From positions 160,001 to 224,000 of the forward strand of contig CAVYSE010000018.1 in assembly GCA_963771075.1 (NCBI GenBank): DNA of 64,000 bases, read 5' to 3'. How positions within the stretch are numbered: the stretch's first letter is position 1; every line of letters starts with the position of its first letter. The notes under the pieces were generated by a model. It did no database searches. It was given only the letters and a program-made list of their open reading frames with translations, and was not told the DNA's origin. The translations under genes were made by a program, and so were the position numbers. This document shows positions 20,476 through 31,481 of the stretch, one piece after another. The DNA comes from a candidate division FCPU426 bacterium. Lineage in GTDB: Bacteria; Oederibacteriota; Muellerivitia; Muellerivitales; Muellerivitaceae.

Positions 20476-22991
20476 GAGCGCCTCCGGGCCGTTTCGGCCT
20501 TGGCGAAGCCAGGAGGAAAGGTTAGAAAGGCCAAGGCGTAAAGAGCGAGCCCCAAGAGGATTAGTGAATGGTACCCTGAGGACACTGCCACTAAATTGGC
20601 GAGTGGGGTGGCCATGACCGAAAAGGCCCCGTTGAGGGCCCAGGCCCAGGGGATGAGGCCGCTATCCCGGGGTAGCCGGCTCAAGCCGAGGGGGAAAAAG
20701 AACCCCAAGGGAAGAGCCGCCAGAGCCGCCCAAACCGAGAGGAAAAGGCATTTGGAAACAAACGGCAAGCCCAACAATGCTCCCAGTGCCCAGTCTAAAC
20801 CGACCAGGGTGAGAAGGATCCAGATTGCCAAGGCAATCCCCGCCGGCCGCAAACCCTCCCGGGGTTCTTTCAAGAACCGGCCCGATAGCCAGCTTCCCAA
20901 TCCTGAAAAAATAAGCATCGCGGCGAGGATCAGCGAAAAAGAGTAGGTGCGGTTTCCCAAAAAGTAGGCGCCTTTCTCAATCAGGTCGATCTCGATAAAT
21001 AGGAAACCCAACCCCAAACAAGAAAAGTAAACCAGGGTTTTTCCCAATCGGGGAAGGGACACCGCCCCCCGGGCGCGGCCCAGCAGGGGCAGGGCCAGGA
21101 CCAACAGCGCCCAAAGCAGGGATTGGGCCAAGACGGCCAGGTTGATGAGGTAGCTGATCTCCTCCCGGGGGATCTGGGACAGGTTGTTTAGGATATCTTT
21201 CAAGTGGGAAAGTCTCAGCACGGAAAAAAAGAAGGGGCGGTCCTGGGTGGAGGGGTACAGGTTGAAAAAGTGGGTGTTGAGGAAGGTGGCGCCCTGGCTG
21301 GAAAGCAATTGAAGGCTGTCGTCCCGAAGCGCGTCGCTGGCTTCCTTGGGCGCGGAAACCTGGTCATCGCCACCGGCCCAAACTGTGGGGGGCAGGTCGT
21401 TGAAAATCTCGGTCGTGGCATTCGCGGCCGTGAGCCCGGGATAGAAAGAAAGGTCGAACGATCTCAGGTCGCAGAAAGACTTGAGGGACTCCAACTGCTC
21501 CCGGGACCATGGGTCCTTGGATATTAATAATCGGGCGTTCCAGGCCGAACGGTACAGCATCAAATGACTTTCGGGGGAGGTGACGCCCATGGCCTGCAGG
21601 GCCTCCCGGGCGGTTTCCACCAATTTCAGGGCGTAGACCGTGAACTCCCGGATGTTAACGGGGAGGGAAACCAAACCGGAGGGGTTCAAGGACCGGACGT
21701 AACTTTCCAGGGCTTCGCGGGTATAGGCGTATTTGTTGGCGTCCGACTGTTCCAGGTATTCGCTGGAGAGGTCGATGATATCGAATCCCTTTTTTAAGGT
21801 CGCCAAGTAAGTTTCGGGGGACTTCTGGATAAAAGTGACCGCCGTATTTTTAAGCCATGGCCCCTCGCTTTTGGCCATGGGCCCCTTGATCAAGTTGTAA
21901 AGGTTCGGGTCGCTTTCCAGGGCTACCACCTCAGCCGCTTTATAGTTCAGCGCTTCGTTTACGCGGTAACCTCCCCGGGTGCCGACGAGGAGCGCCCGGC
22001 TGTTGGGCTTGAGGATGTAGGGGAAAATATCCAGGCTCGCCTTGGCGTAGGAAAAATCGGTTTTCAAGTTCTTGGGGAAAGAACTGATGCGGTTTCCGTC
22101 CAGGTAGAGCCCATAGGCCTTGGGCGGGCCGTCTACCTTCAGCAGGACATAGTTGTTCGACAGGTCGATATCCAGGCGCTCGGTGAAGTTGTCCAAAAGC
22201 ATGTAATAGCCCAGGGGAGAGAAGATCCTCTTTTTCACCTGGGCGTCGGAAACGTTCAGGGCGGGCGTGATCATCTTGTAGGGGCAAAAATGGCTTTTGT
22301 TGAATTTAACGGCGGCTCCCTCGCTCAAGGCCAAAACTAGGAGTATGGCGGCATAGCCAATCCAGGCCGTGGCATGAAAGCGGGCCCGGTAATGGGCCAG
22401 GAAGGCGGCCAGGGACCAGAGGGGGATCAAGGCGCAGAGCAGGTAAAAAGGATGGATCCAATACATGGCAAAAAGCATGGCCAGGGACCCTAAGCCCGCG
22501 CCCACCAGGTCCACCGCGTAAACCGCCCCAATCTTCTCGTTGGTCAGGGCCAGGAAACTGAGGCTGATATAAAGCCCGGAGAGGAAAAACACCGGAAAGA
22601 GGGCCTCGTAGTATTTGGCGATATTTTTGAACTGGTCCATCCAGAGGTCCATGTTCTGAAGTTCCAGGGGGTTGAAGCTGTTCACCGTGACCAGGTAAAA
22701 ACCCAGGCAGGCCAGGGGAGGCAATAACAGCGGGATAAAGAAAAAGAAACGATGGGCGTGCTTGAAAAAGAAGTCCCTGAAAAGGCTTAAAACCACCCCG
22801 CTGGCGGAATAACCCGCCATGGCGATGGAAATGACCCAGTATCCGTATTCGGACCAACTGGCGATGGAAAAATACCGGGTAAGCATGATCTCGAAACCGA
22901 TGCTGGCGGCCGATACGGCGAAGAGGGCACCCAAAAGCTGAACGTTGGGACGGGAGAGCTCATAAGTCGGGGCGGAGGCGTAGTTGGGCAT
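20472..22991 (-). CDS. Polytopic membrane protein with spermidine-synthase/methyltransferase-like domain
   Basis: Many TM helices; YAVDLVGAGLG, YTREA...L.P.G, TQDRPFF, LGLGFLFIE and WAWALNG family motifs. Confidence 0.75.
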   Translation of the reverse strand: MPNYASAPTYELSRPNVQLLGALFAVSAASIGFEIMLTRYFSIASWSEYGYWVISIAMAGYSASGVVLSLFRDFFFKHAHRFFFFIPLLLPPLACLGFYLVTVNSFNPLELQNMDLWMDQFKNIAKYYEALFPVFFLSGLYISLSFLALTNEKIGAVYAVDLVGAGLGSLAMLFAMYWIHPFYLLCALIPLWSLAAFLAHYRARFHATAWIGYAAILLVLALSEGAAVKFNKSHFCPYKMITPALNVSDAQVKKRIFSPLGYYMLLDNFTERLDIDLSNNYVLLKVDGPPKAYGLYLDGNRISSFPKNLKTDFSYAKASLDIFPYILKPNSRALLVGTRGGYRVNEALNYKAAEVVALESDPNLYNLIKGPMAKSEGPWLKNTAVTFIQKSPETYLATLKKGFDIIDLSSEYLEQSDANKYAYTREALESYVRSLNPSGLVSLPVNIREFTVYALKLVETAREALQAMGVTSPESHLMLYRSAWNARLLISKDPWSREQLESLKSFCDLRSFDLSFYPGLTAANATTEIFNDLPPTVWAGGDDQVSAPKEASDALRDDSLQLLSSQGATFLNTHFFNLYPSTQDRPFFFSVLRLSHLKDILNNLSQIPREEISYLINLAVLAQSLLWALLVLALPLLGRARGAVSLPRLGKTLVYFSCLGLGFLFIEIDLIEKGAYFLGNRTYSFSLILAAMLIFSGLGSWLSGRFLKEPREGLRPAGIALAIWILLTLVGLDWALGALLGLPFVSKCLFLSVWAALAALPLGFFFPLGLSRLPRDSGLIPWAWALNGAFSVMATPLANLVAVSSGYHSLILLGLALYALAFLTFPPGFAKAETARRRS

Positions 22992-23003
22992 CAACAATTC
23001 CTT

Positions 23004-25364
23004 TCAATTTTTATTAGGCTGGGGCGTCTGGGCCCCGGCGGCTTTCATCTTCGCGGCAGATTTCATTTTATGAAGCGCTTTATGGGGCACATCCCCGGGG
23101 TAAAGGGCGGCACGCCGAAGAAAATCCCTCATCAAATTATCAAAGTGGTCCGGTTCATCGTAAAAGAGGGCGTGCCCCGCGTTGGAAAAGATCTCCACCC
23201 TGGCTTGGGGGTCGGCCTTGGCCAAATATTCGGATTGGGCTGTGTATTTGGACGTGACGGCGTAAAGCAGGGGAACCTGGCAAATGGTTTTAAAAGGGGG
23301 CTGCCAGCTATCGCCTGGAAAGACGTTGTTCATCAAGGCCAGGGCGATATCCGTGGGGGTGCGGGTTGCGTCATCGGCGAGTTTTCGGAAAAAATCTCCG
23401 GGTGGCTGGGTCTTAAAGAGGCTCCAAACGAAACTCCGGACCGCATGGGGCCGGTTCTGCTTGAACTCGTCCAGGAAACGATCTTCCGCGGCGGAGGTGA
23501 CGGGGGTGGATGCGGCCAGGGCGGAATCCACGAGGCCAACGGCATAGAGCCGATTCGTGCCGAACTCGTTCATGTAGGCCAGCACTTGAAATCCTCCGTG
23601 AGACCAGCCCACCAGGACCACGGAGCTCAGTTGAAGATGATCGAGCAGTTCCTGGATATCCTGGGCCTGGCGCTGGGGTTCGTCTCCGTGGGGGGTCATG
23701 TCCGATTCTCCCTGGGAACGGGGATCCAAGGCGATCACGCGGTAATCCGAAGAGAGGTCTTCCAACTGGGGGGTCCATATTTCCGCCGGGATCAGCCAAC
23801 CGGGAATGAGCACCAGAGGCAGACCCTGTCCCGCTTCCAGGTAATGAAGTTTGACGTGGTCACTGGTGTAGAAATATCCATCCTGGATTGGATTAACGGA
23901 AATTTCACTCGTCACCCTCTTGGGGGTTTGGGCGACCACCGTATCGGTGAGGATGGGTGAGGGGGTGGACTCCGGGACTAGGGTCTCAGTGGCCGTGGGA
24001 GTGTAAGGTTCGGAGTGGAATAAATTCAGGCTGCGAATGGTATTGAGAAAACCCTTGGGATTGGGTGTCAAGGTGGGGGTGGAGGTTTCATGAGGAGACG
24101 CTAGAGCGGTGGGGGTGGATTCCATGATGGGTGTTCCAAGGACTGTGGGGGTCGTGGTTTCCGTTGTCGTCGCCGTGGGGAAAGGGGGGGCGGTCGAAGT
24201 GCCGGTGAATGGGGGAGGGGTGTTGGATACAACCTCGGGTGGGATCGGCATGGGTACCTGGGTGGGAATCGCCGGATGAAAGGGATTCCACGATTGGAGA
24301 AATGTTTGAAGCCGGCTGGGGGCGGGGGTGGGTGATGGGGATTGTAGGGGTTGGGTTTCTACCGTGGGGGTCAAAAGGGGAGCTGGGGTGGACGTTTCGG
24401 TGGGGATTAAGGTCGGTAAAGCCGATTCGATTGATAGGGGTTGGACAGCCAGGGGGTTGGATTTTCCGGCGCCTTTTGGTAACCCGGCAGGATAGAGGGA
24501 AGATTGTTTAATAAAGTCCTGGATAAGGTTGTTGAAACGGATAGATTCATCCACGAAGAGGCCGTGACCCGAATTCTCGAACATCTCCACCCGGGCCTGT
24601 GGCGCCGCCTGTCTCAAATAAGCGCCTTGGGAGGTGAATTTATTCGTGATGGCATAGAGAAGAGGGATACCCTGCATCGCTCGCAGACTGGGCTGCCAGG
24701 CGTCTCCCGGTTGGGTGTTGTCCAATGCCTGTAAGGCGATATCGGTGGGAACACGGTCCGCAGCATCGGTGAGTTTTTTCAGGAATTCCCTGGAAGCGGA
24801 TCTTTTAAACAAACCCCACGCGTAGTTGATATCCGCTTGGGCCCGATCAGCCTGAAAATTGAGAAGGAAGTTACTGCGCTGGACGGGTCGGGTTCCGGAA
24901 GCCGCCCCCAGCGGGGAATCGACCAGGATGAGGCCGAATAGTTTATCGTCCCCGAACTGGTTCAGATATGCCAGGCAATCAAAGGCGCCGAGGGACCATC
25001 CCACTAATACCACCGAACCCAGGTGAAGGTGGTCCAAAAGTTCCCGGATGTCGGTGGAACGCCGAAGGGGGTCATTACCCGTTTTGACCATGTCAGATTG
25101 GCCCTGGGACCGGGGGTCCAGGGCGATCACGTGGTAATTCTTGGAAAGGCCTTTTAATTGAAGTTGCCAGATATCGGCGGGCATGAGCCAACCTGGGATC
25201 AGGAGGATGGCTTGGCCCTGTCCGGATTCCAAATAATGGAGTTTCACATGGTCGCTGGTGGTGAAAAAACCATCTTGAGCGGGTGATTGCGCAAAAAGGG
25301 AAAGCGGCATTGCGATCAGGAAGACGGCAAGTAATATTTGGGGTGCCCTGGGGCTGGGTTGCAT
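23004..25364 (-). CDS. Exported tandem double alpha/beta hydrolase with Pro/Thr linker
   Basis: Two homologous domains, each with LIPGW, DPRSQG.S, GWS(L/H)G and GH.LF. Confidence 0.85.
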   Translation of the reverse strand: MQPSPRAPQILLAVFLIAMPLSLFAQSPAQDGFFTTSDHVKLHYLESGQGQAILLIPGWLMPADIWQLQLKGLSKNYHVIALDPRSQGQSDMVKTGNDPLRRSTDIRELLDHLHLGSVVLVGWSLGAFDCLAYLNQFGDDKLFGLILVDSPLGAASGTRPVQRSNFLLNFQADRAQADINYAWGLFKRSASREFLKKLTDAADRVPTDIALQALDNTQPGDAWQPSLRAMQGIPLLYAITNKFTSQGAYLRQAAPQARVEMFENSGHGLFVDESIRFNNLIQDFIKQSSLYPAGLPKGAGKSNPLAVQPLSIESALPTLIPTETSTPAPLLTPTVETQPLQSPSPTPAPSRLQTFLQSWNPFHPAIPTQVPMPIPPEVVSNTPPPFTGTSTAPPFPTATTTETTTPTVLGTPIMESTPTALASPHETSTPTLTPNPKGFLNTIRSLNLFHSEPYTPTATETLVPESTPSPILTDTVVAQTPKRVTSEISVNPIQDGYFYTSDHVKLHYLEAGQGLPLVLIPGWLIPAEIWTPQLEDLSSDYRVIALDPRSQGESDMTPHGDEPQRQAQDIQELLDHLQLSSVVLVGWSHGGFQVLAYMNEFGTNRLYAVGLVDSALAASTPVTSAAEDRFLDEFKQNRPHAVRSFVWSLFKTQPPGDFFRKLADDATRTPTDIALALMNNVFPGDSWQPPFKTICQVPLLYAVTSKYTAQSEYLAKADPQARVEIFSNAGHALFYDEPDHFDNLMRDFLRRAALYPGDVPHKALHKMKSAAKMKAAGAQTPQPNKN

Positions 25365-25482
25365 CGGGTTGGTCCGTTTCCTGATTTTTATACCCGTATA
25401 GCTCGTGGCGGAGAGAAGTTTAGCATTAGTTGATAAAGGTGGTATTAGCCAATTATGTCTTTTTTCCCTGCCGGCCAAACCT

Positions 25483-26151
25483 TCAACCTGCTTTGGGGGG
25501 GAGGACATAAATCAATACCGCTAGGTAATGGCACAACCCTCCGGCCAGGACGAAAAGGTGCCATATCGCGTGGTGGTATCGCAGTTTCTTCCAAAGGTAA
25601 AAGATAGTTCCGATACTGTAAAAGGTTCCGCCCAAAAGCAACAATACGATGCCCCCCCGGGAAAGGGCTTGGACTAAGGGTTTAAAGGCGGCCAGGATCA
25701 TCCAACCCATCCCCAGGTAAATCAGGGTTGACACGATTTTGAACCGCCCGGTGAAAAAAGCCTTAAGCGATATCCCAATAACCGCCAGACCCCATGAAAC
25801 ACCGAACAGCCACCAGCCCAGGCTCCCGTGCAGCGTTACCAAGGTAAAGGGGGTGTAGGTGCCGGCAATAAGTAAAAAAATGGAAGAGTGGTCCAGGATT
25901 TCAAAGACATATTTCACCCTGGGTGATCGGAAGCTGTGGTAAAGGGTCGAAATGACAAACAAGAGAACCAGCGTCCCCCCATAGACGCTGAAACTGACAA
26001 TGTGCCAGGTGTTCCCCCTTATCACGGCCATCACCACCAGTACCGCGGTACCCGCAACGGCCAGCCCGGAGGAAAATAGGTGGGTCATGGAATTGGCCCG
26101 TTCCTGGAGAGGGGTGTAGCGGGGCGGGCTATAAGGGGGACTGGTTTCCAT
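25483..26151 (-). CDS. Hemolysin III/PAQR membrane protein
   Basis: E.ANS.TH, STLYH, DHSSIFLLIAGTYTP and HAIWHLFVL motifs. Confidence 0.92.
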   Translation of the reverse strand: METSPPYSPPRYTPLQERANSMTHLFSSGLAVAGTAVLVVMAVIRGNTWHIVSFSVYGGTLVLLFVISTLYHSFRSPRVKYVFEILDHSSIFLLIAGTYTPFTLVTLHGSLGWWLFGVSWGLAVIGISLKAFFTGRFKIVSTLIYLGMGWMILAAFKPLVQALSRGGIVLLLLGGTFYSIGTIFYLWKKLRYHHAIWHLFVLAGGLCHYLAVLIYVLPPKAG

Positions 26152-26225
26152 GAGATGATTCTGCGCCCGAAATTCCCTGACAAGCAATGGGAGGGTCGAC
26201 GCCGAAGGAGATGGGCACACCGAAT

Positions 26226-26327
26226 TTAGCTCGTCAGATGGAATGGCGAGCCAGGGCCGGTAGGTGGGGAGGGCCTTATCCCTTTGGAGGCTCCCGTTAT
26301 GATCGCTGTTTTATTTGGGTTGGACAT
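26226..26327 (-). pseudogene. N-terminal stub of a short-chain dehydrogenase
   Basis: AGGAG RBS, then MSNPNKTAIITGASKGI followed by unrelated sequence and a stop after 33 codons. Confidence 0.55.
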
Positions 26328-26409
26328 GCAAGACACTCCTATTTGAGGACCGTAATAATGGTAAAGCGGTGGATCGAAGAAGAAAAAGGGGTGAGTAAGG
26401 GAACATTCA

Positions 26410-29400
26410 TTAGAAATTTATCGCTTCGGCGGTTCCTAACAATACTTTTAACTCTTTTTCCCAACCCTTGCCGCCGGTACGGACCGCTAATTCTTCGGCC
26501 ATGTGCCGGGGTTTCACCCCCAACCCGGCGTTACGTCCAAGGCCCTGCAGGCAACTGGGGCAATTGGTGAGCATCACGTTGTCATTTTTTCGGCCTTCAA
26601 GGGCCTTTTTCACCGAAATCGTCTTTTTATCCAGCATGTTATAGGCGATATCGGGGCGACTCATGGCCAAGGTCCCGGCTTCCGAACAGCAATGGTCCAC
26701 GGGTGTCAGCTTCAGATCGAACCCCTTTTTGAAAAAGGCCTTGGCGGTCCCGTCGAAAGAGTCGTGGCAGGGCTTGTGGTAAAGGTAATCGCCCCCCGGC
26801 TTCATCTTGAGCCCGTTGGCCAAGGCGAACTTGCTCACATCCTCCATGGGGGCCTTGAAAATTTCTTCAGTGCCCATGGTATGCAGGGCTTCCTTGCAGG
26901 TTCCGCAAGAAACCACGCAAGCGTCGAAACTCAAGTGCCGCAGCATCTCTCGGATCTGGCTGAAAATGATGGTGTCGCCCAGAACTCTTCGGTCGTTTTC
27001 GGCCACCTGGGCGTTGACGTTGATGGGGAAACCGCAGCAAAGAAAAGGCGGGGGAAGTACGACCCTTATCCCGGCCTTTAACAATAAATAAAGCGAGGCT
27101 TTACCGACGTTGGAGTACAACCTTTCCGACCCGCAGCCGGGAAAGTAGAACACGGTTTTGGTGGTTTCGCCCCCTCCGTTGGAGGCCTTGGAGGGATCTA
27201 TGACCAGGGCTTGGTGTAGTTCCAAATCGGGCAGAATGGAATGAAGGGTACCTTGCCCAGGGGCGGGCATGGGGTTTCGAAGCATGTTGAAAGGCCAAAC
27301 CGCCTTCCAGTTTTTGGTGTTGGGAATCCATTTCAAGACCTGGGCCCCCACACGCTGAAAGAAAAGGCCCCACACCAGAATCACCTGGCGGAAGAGGGCG
27401 TTATAAATCCGGCTTCGGCTCTTGAGGTAGCCCAGCGACAATTGGGTGGCGATGGCCGTATGCTTGTATTTTCGGGCGGCGAGGATGCGCCGTTCCAATA
27501 TGGAAATTTCGCCCGTGTCGATATCCACCGGGCAGGGCTTCAGGCATTTGTGGCAGATGGTGCAATGGTCGGCGATCTCTTCCAGTTCCTTCAAAAACTC
27601 GAACCGGGTCGAGCGGGCCCGCTGGGCGTCATAAAGAAGAGCCTCGATGATCGCGCCGATGGCCAGGTTCTTATTCCGGGGATGGAAGAACATGTTCTTG
27701 CCCGGATGGAAGACGCAGCAATCGGGTTTGCACTTGCCGCACCGAACGCACTTGGAGATCTTGTCCGCCAGCTCGAATAGGGAATCGTTCTGCAAGATGC
27801 GGGCTTCCAGTTCCAACAAGTTGAAGGAAGGGGTGAAAACCCGGTCGGGAACGGACATGTCTGAAAGCTTGCCTGGGTTCATGAGTCCCTGGGGGTCTAC
27901 CTGGCTCCGATAGGCTTCCAGGGCGGATAAAAAGTCCTTGTCCAGGTGTTTCAACTTGGTGATGCCGATGCCATGCTCGCCGGATACAACCCCGCCCAGC
28001 TCGACCACATGGCGCATGACGGTATCGGCGGTATCGAAGGCGCGCTTGAGCATTTCACGGTCGTTGGAAAAAACCGGGATATTCACGTGCACGTTGCCGT
28101 CGCCCGCGTGCATGTGGGTGGCGATGACGATGAGGCGCGAGCGGGTTTCCTTGTATAGCTTCTCCACCTCCGTACAGGCCTCGGCATAGCCCCGGAAAAG
28201 CTCCAAAAGGGAATTTTTGAGCTCTTGGGCACTTAAACCCTCGCGGGCCGACTTGGCGTCGGAGGATTGGATTTTCTCCCGCGCCTTCGCGCAGAGGTTC
28301 CTGGCGGCCGTTCCCTTGGCCGCCAAGCGTTCCGCGTCCTCGGAATCCCCGGAAAAGTCCAGCCATTCCAGGATTTCCTCAACGAACCGGTTCTGGTTAT
28401 GGCGTCCTTCCTCAATGTTATAGGCGTCGATGTAACGGGCGAAACCCGCCAGGGCTTCCAGGGGAAGCACGATATCTTCGTTCAGTTTGAAGGCGTTGGT
28501 GTGGCGGCTGATGGCTCCCAGGCGTTTGCGGTCCGCCCAGAATTTGACCCCCTCCTGGTCGTCGCGGGCCAAAAAGATTTCCGTGTTGGGGTAGCGGTCC
28601 ACGAGGGCCTGGAGGCGGTCGAGGCCTTTCTTGAGGTCATCCAAGCTGGTGCGCCACGATGTCGATCAGCAAGACGGCCTTGGGGAGGCTCCCGCGGGTA
28701 GCCTTGACCTTGTAACCGATGGCCCGCACATACTCCTCGTCGAAATGTTCCAGGGCCAGCAGGGTTTCCTTGCCCTTGTTCTCGAACTCCCGGGAAAGGT
28801 CCAAAATGACCTTGCCGGCCTCATCCATGTTCTCACCGAAAAATTCCAGGCAGGCGGTGCGCTGATACTCATAGGCGGGATAGAGCACGAAAACCGCCGA
28901 TGTGATAACCCCATCGGTGCCCTCCTTTTGGAGGCCCGGGAGGCCCTTGAGGGCCTTGTTGGTGATGTCTTTCCAGACCCCTTTTTTGCGGATCTCCTCG
29001 CCCGTCAGTTCCACGGTGCGCAAAAGGTCATTGGTTTCCCCATCGCGGATCAAAAAGACGACCTTGTCCGAATGGAGGATCTTGCGCAGGGGATGGTGTT
29101 TGCGCTTGACGCGGACGGTTTTGCCCTCCGGCAGGGCCATGCGGAAGGAAAGCACGTTGTCGATGGCGGTGCCCCAGAGTACGGCCGTCTTGCCCCCTGC
29201 GTTCTCCGACAGGTTGCCCCCGATCGTGGAAGCCCAGGCGCTGGTGGGGTCGGTGGCGAAAACCCATCCGATCTTGGAGGCGGCGTGCATGGCGTCCTCG
29301 GTGACCACCCCCGCCTCGACCTTCATGATCTTTCCGGGCCGGGTGCCATCCCCTCCCTCGCGCAGGAATTCCTTGTCTTCGATTGAAAGGATGCGGTTGA

Positions 29401-30052
29401 GCTTTTCCAGGTTGACCATGACGCAATTTTCGGCCACCGGTACCGCGCCCCCGGTCAGGCCGGTGCCGGCCCCCCGGGGAATGGCCTTCAGGCCCAGTTT
29501 TTGGATGGCGACGAGGAGGGGAGCGACTTCCTTTTCCTCGGAGGGAAAGACCACCACGAGGGGGGTATTGAGCCGCCAGTCGGTGGCGTCGGTAACGTGG
29601 CTGATCAGGCTGAAGGGATCAAAAAGGACGTTTTCCTCACCTACCACGGCGCCCAGGACCCGGCGGATGCGGGACCGCCGTTCCTTCGCGACCGTCAATT
29701 CGATCCTTAACCGGTCCAGGTAATCCTGGCATTGCTGGAGGATCCAGAGGACATCGGTGTCCCCGCCGGAATTTTTGGCCAGCACATCGAGATCCGCCTG
29801 GTAAGCGCCTAAATATTCCCTGCGCGAGGAGGCTGAATCGACCATTTCCTGGAAAAGAAATGGGTTGCGGCGCAGGATAAACATGTCGCCGATGAAGCGC
29901 ATCAAAAGGCGGGAAGAACGCCCCGTCACCCGGCGCGCCCTCAGGCTCTCGAGCTTTTGCCAGACCTCATCGCCAAAAAGGTTACGGACAACCTGGCTGT
30001 CCTCGGCCGAAGTGTAGTTATAAGGAATTTCCCTGCGGATTTGGGTTTTCAC
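26410..30052 (-). CDS. FAD-binding, Fe-S (CCG-domain) oxidoreductase of DUF3683/DUF3400 type, frameshifted near 28645
   Basis: REIPYNYTS start; PRGAGTGLTGG, HMHAGDGNVH, SGEHGIG, two CxxCxxCxxxC motifs and CCG. Removing one base joins the two ORFs (AHSLDDLK). GTG 30052 has a GGAGG RBS. Confidence 0.88.
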
Positions 30053-30335
30053 GGGGCTTCCCTCCGATAGGATGCCGTCATCTTCAGGGAAAAAGCCGCG
30101 TGAGGATATGACAGCAGTCATGTTAATTGGGGGAATTGATCGGGAAAAAGCTAAAATGAAGCATGGGCAAGAATGGAGTGACCATTTACTTATAAGGATA
30201 CAAAGACAAGAAGCGGCAATTAGGATTAAAATTTTAAGGCTTACTGAAAATTTTTTTGGTTTATTCCAGCGATGTGATTTTTCCCCTGTGTCTTTGGGAC
30301 AACGTGGTGAAATCTTTGCCTTTGGGAGATGAAAA

Positions 30336-31403
30336 ATGCCCCATTTATTTGAACCCCTGAAACTCAGGGACATCAACCTGAAAAACCGCATCGGGGTTTC
30401 CCCCATGTGCGAGTATTCCAGCCAGGACGGTTTCGCCAACGATTGGCACCTGGTTCACCTGGGTTCCCGCGCGGTGGGCGGGGCGGGGTTGATCCTGACC
30501 GAGGCCACGGCCGTGGAGCCGGAGGGTCGCATCAGCCCGGATGACCTGGGCCTTTGGAAGGACGAGCATATCGAAAAGCTTGCCCGGATTGCCGCCTTTG
30601 TGAAATCACATGGATCGGTCTTGGGAATGCAGCTGGCCCACGCAGGCCGGAAAGCCTCGACCTACGGTTCCGGAAAGGGAACCGGTTATGTCCCGGGTGC
30701 GGAGGGAGGGTGGACCCCCCTCGCCCCCAGCGCGATCCCCTTCGATGAAAAGGCTCCCACGCCCCAGGCGCTGGACGAGAAAAGGATTGTTCAGATCGCG
30801 GAAAATTTCCGCAAGGCGGCCCGGAGGGCCCATGAAGCCGGTTTGGAGGTGCTGGAAATCCACGCCGCCCACGGCTATTTGATCCACGAGTTTTTGTCCC
30901 CCATCAGCAACCGAAGGAACGACGGCTACGGAGGGCCCTTTGATAACCGCACCCGTTTTTTGAAGGAGGTTGTGGCGGGAGTAAGGGAAACCTGGCCTGA
31001 ATCCAAGCCTCTCATCGTTCGTTTGTCCGTGACCGATTGGATGGAACCGGACGGCTGGACCCAGGATCAATCGGTGGCCCTGGCCAAAAACCTTTTAAAA
31101 ATAGGCGTGGACTTGATCGATTGCTCCTCGGGCGGGTTGATACCGGGGGTCAAGATCCCGATAGGTCCGGGATACCAAACTTCCTTGGCGGAAAAGGTGA
31201 AAAAAGAGGGAGGGATTCCCACGGGAGCGGTGGGAATGATCACATCGGCAACCCAGGCGGACCATATCCTTCGAAGCGGCCAAGCGGACATGGTTTTCAT
31301 CGCGAGGGAATTCTTGAGAGACCCCTATTTCCCCCTTCACGCCGCGAGGGAGTTGGGCCATGAAGTCGCCTGGCCGATCCAGTACGAGCGGGCGAAAAGG
31401 TAA
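30336..31403 (+). CDS. NADH:flavin oxidoreductase (old yellow enzyme, YqjM/NamA type)
   Basis: SPMCEYS, QLAHAGRK, EIHAAHGYL, RNDGYGG and P.QYER motifs. Confidence 0.93.
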   Translation: MPHLFEPLKLRDINLKNRIGVSPMCEYSSQDGFANDWHLVHLGSRAVGGAGLILTEATAVEPEGRISPDDLGLWKDEHIEKLARIAAFVKSHGSVLGMQLAHAGRKASTYGSGKGTGYVPGAEGGWTPLAPSAIPFDEKAPTPQALDEKRIVQIAENFRKAARRAHEAGLEVLEIHAAHGYLIHEFLSPISNRRNDGYGGPFDNRTRFLKEVVAGVRETWPESKPLIVRLSVTDWMEPDGWTQDQSVALAKNLLKIGVDLIDCSSGGLIPGVKIPIGPGYQTSLAEKVKKEGGIPTGAVGMITSATQADHILRSGQADMVFIAREFLRDPYFPLHAARELGHEVAWPIQYERAKR

Positions 31404-31481
31404 AACCGCCGGAAGGAATGATTTTCCCCCCTTTAACTGCCATAATGTCCGGGTTTTCCATATGAAAACCCGGAACAAGAG

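Noticed and set aside
31449..31473. 10-bp inverted repeat ccgggttttc/gaaaacccgg as a terminator
   Set aside because: No T tract, and it lies just after a likely -10 box; function cannot be assigned.
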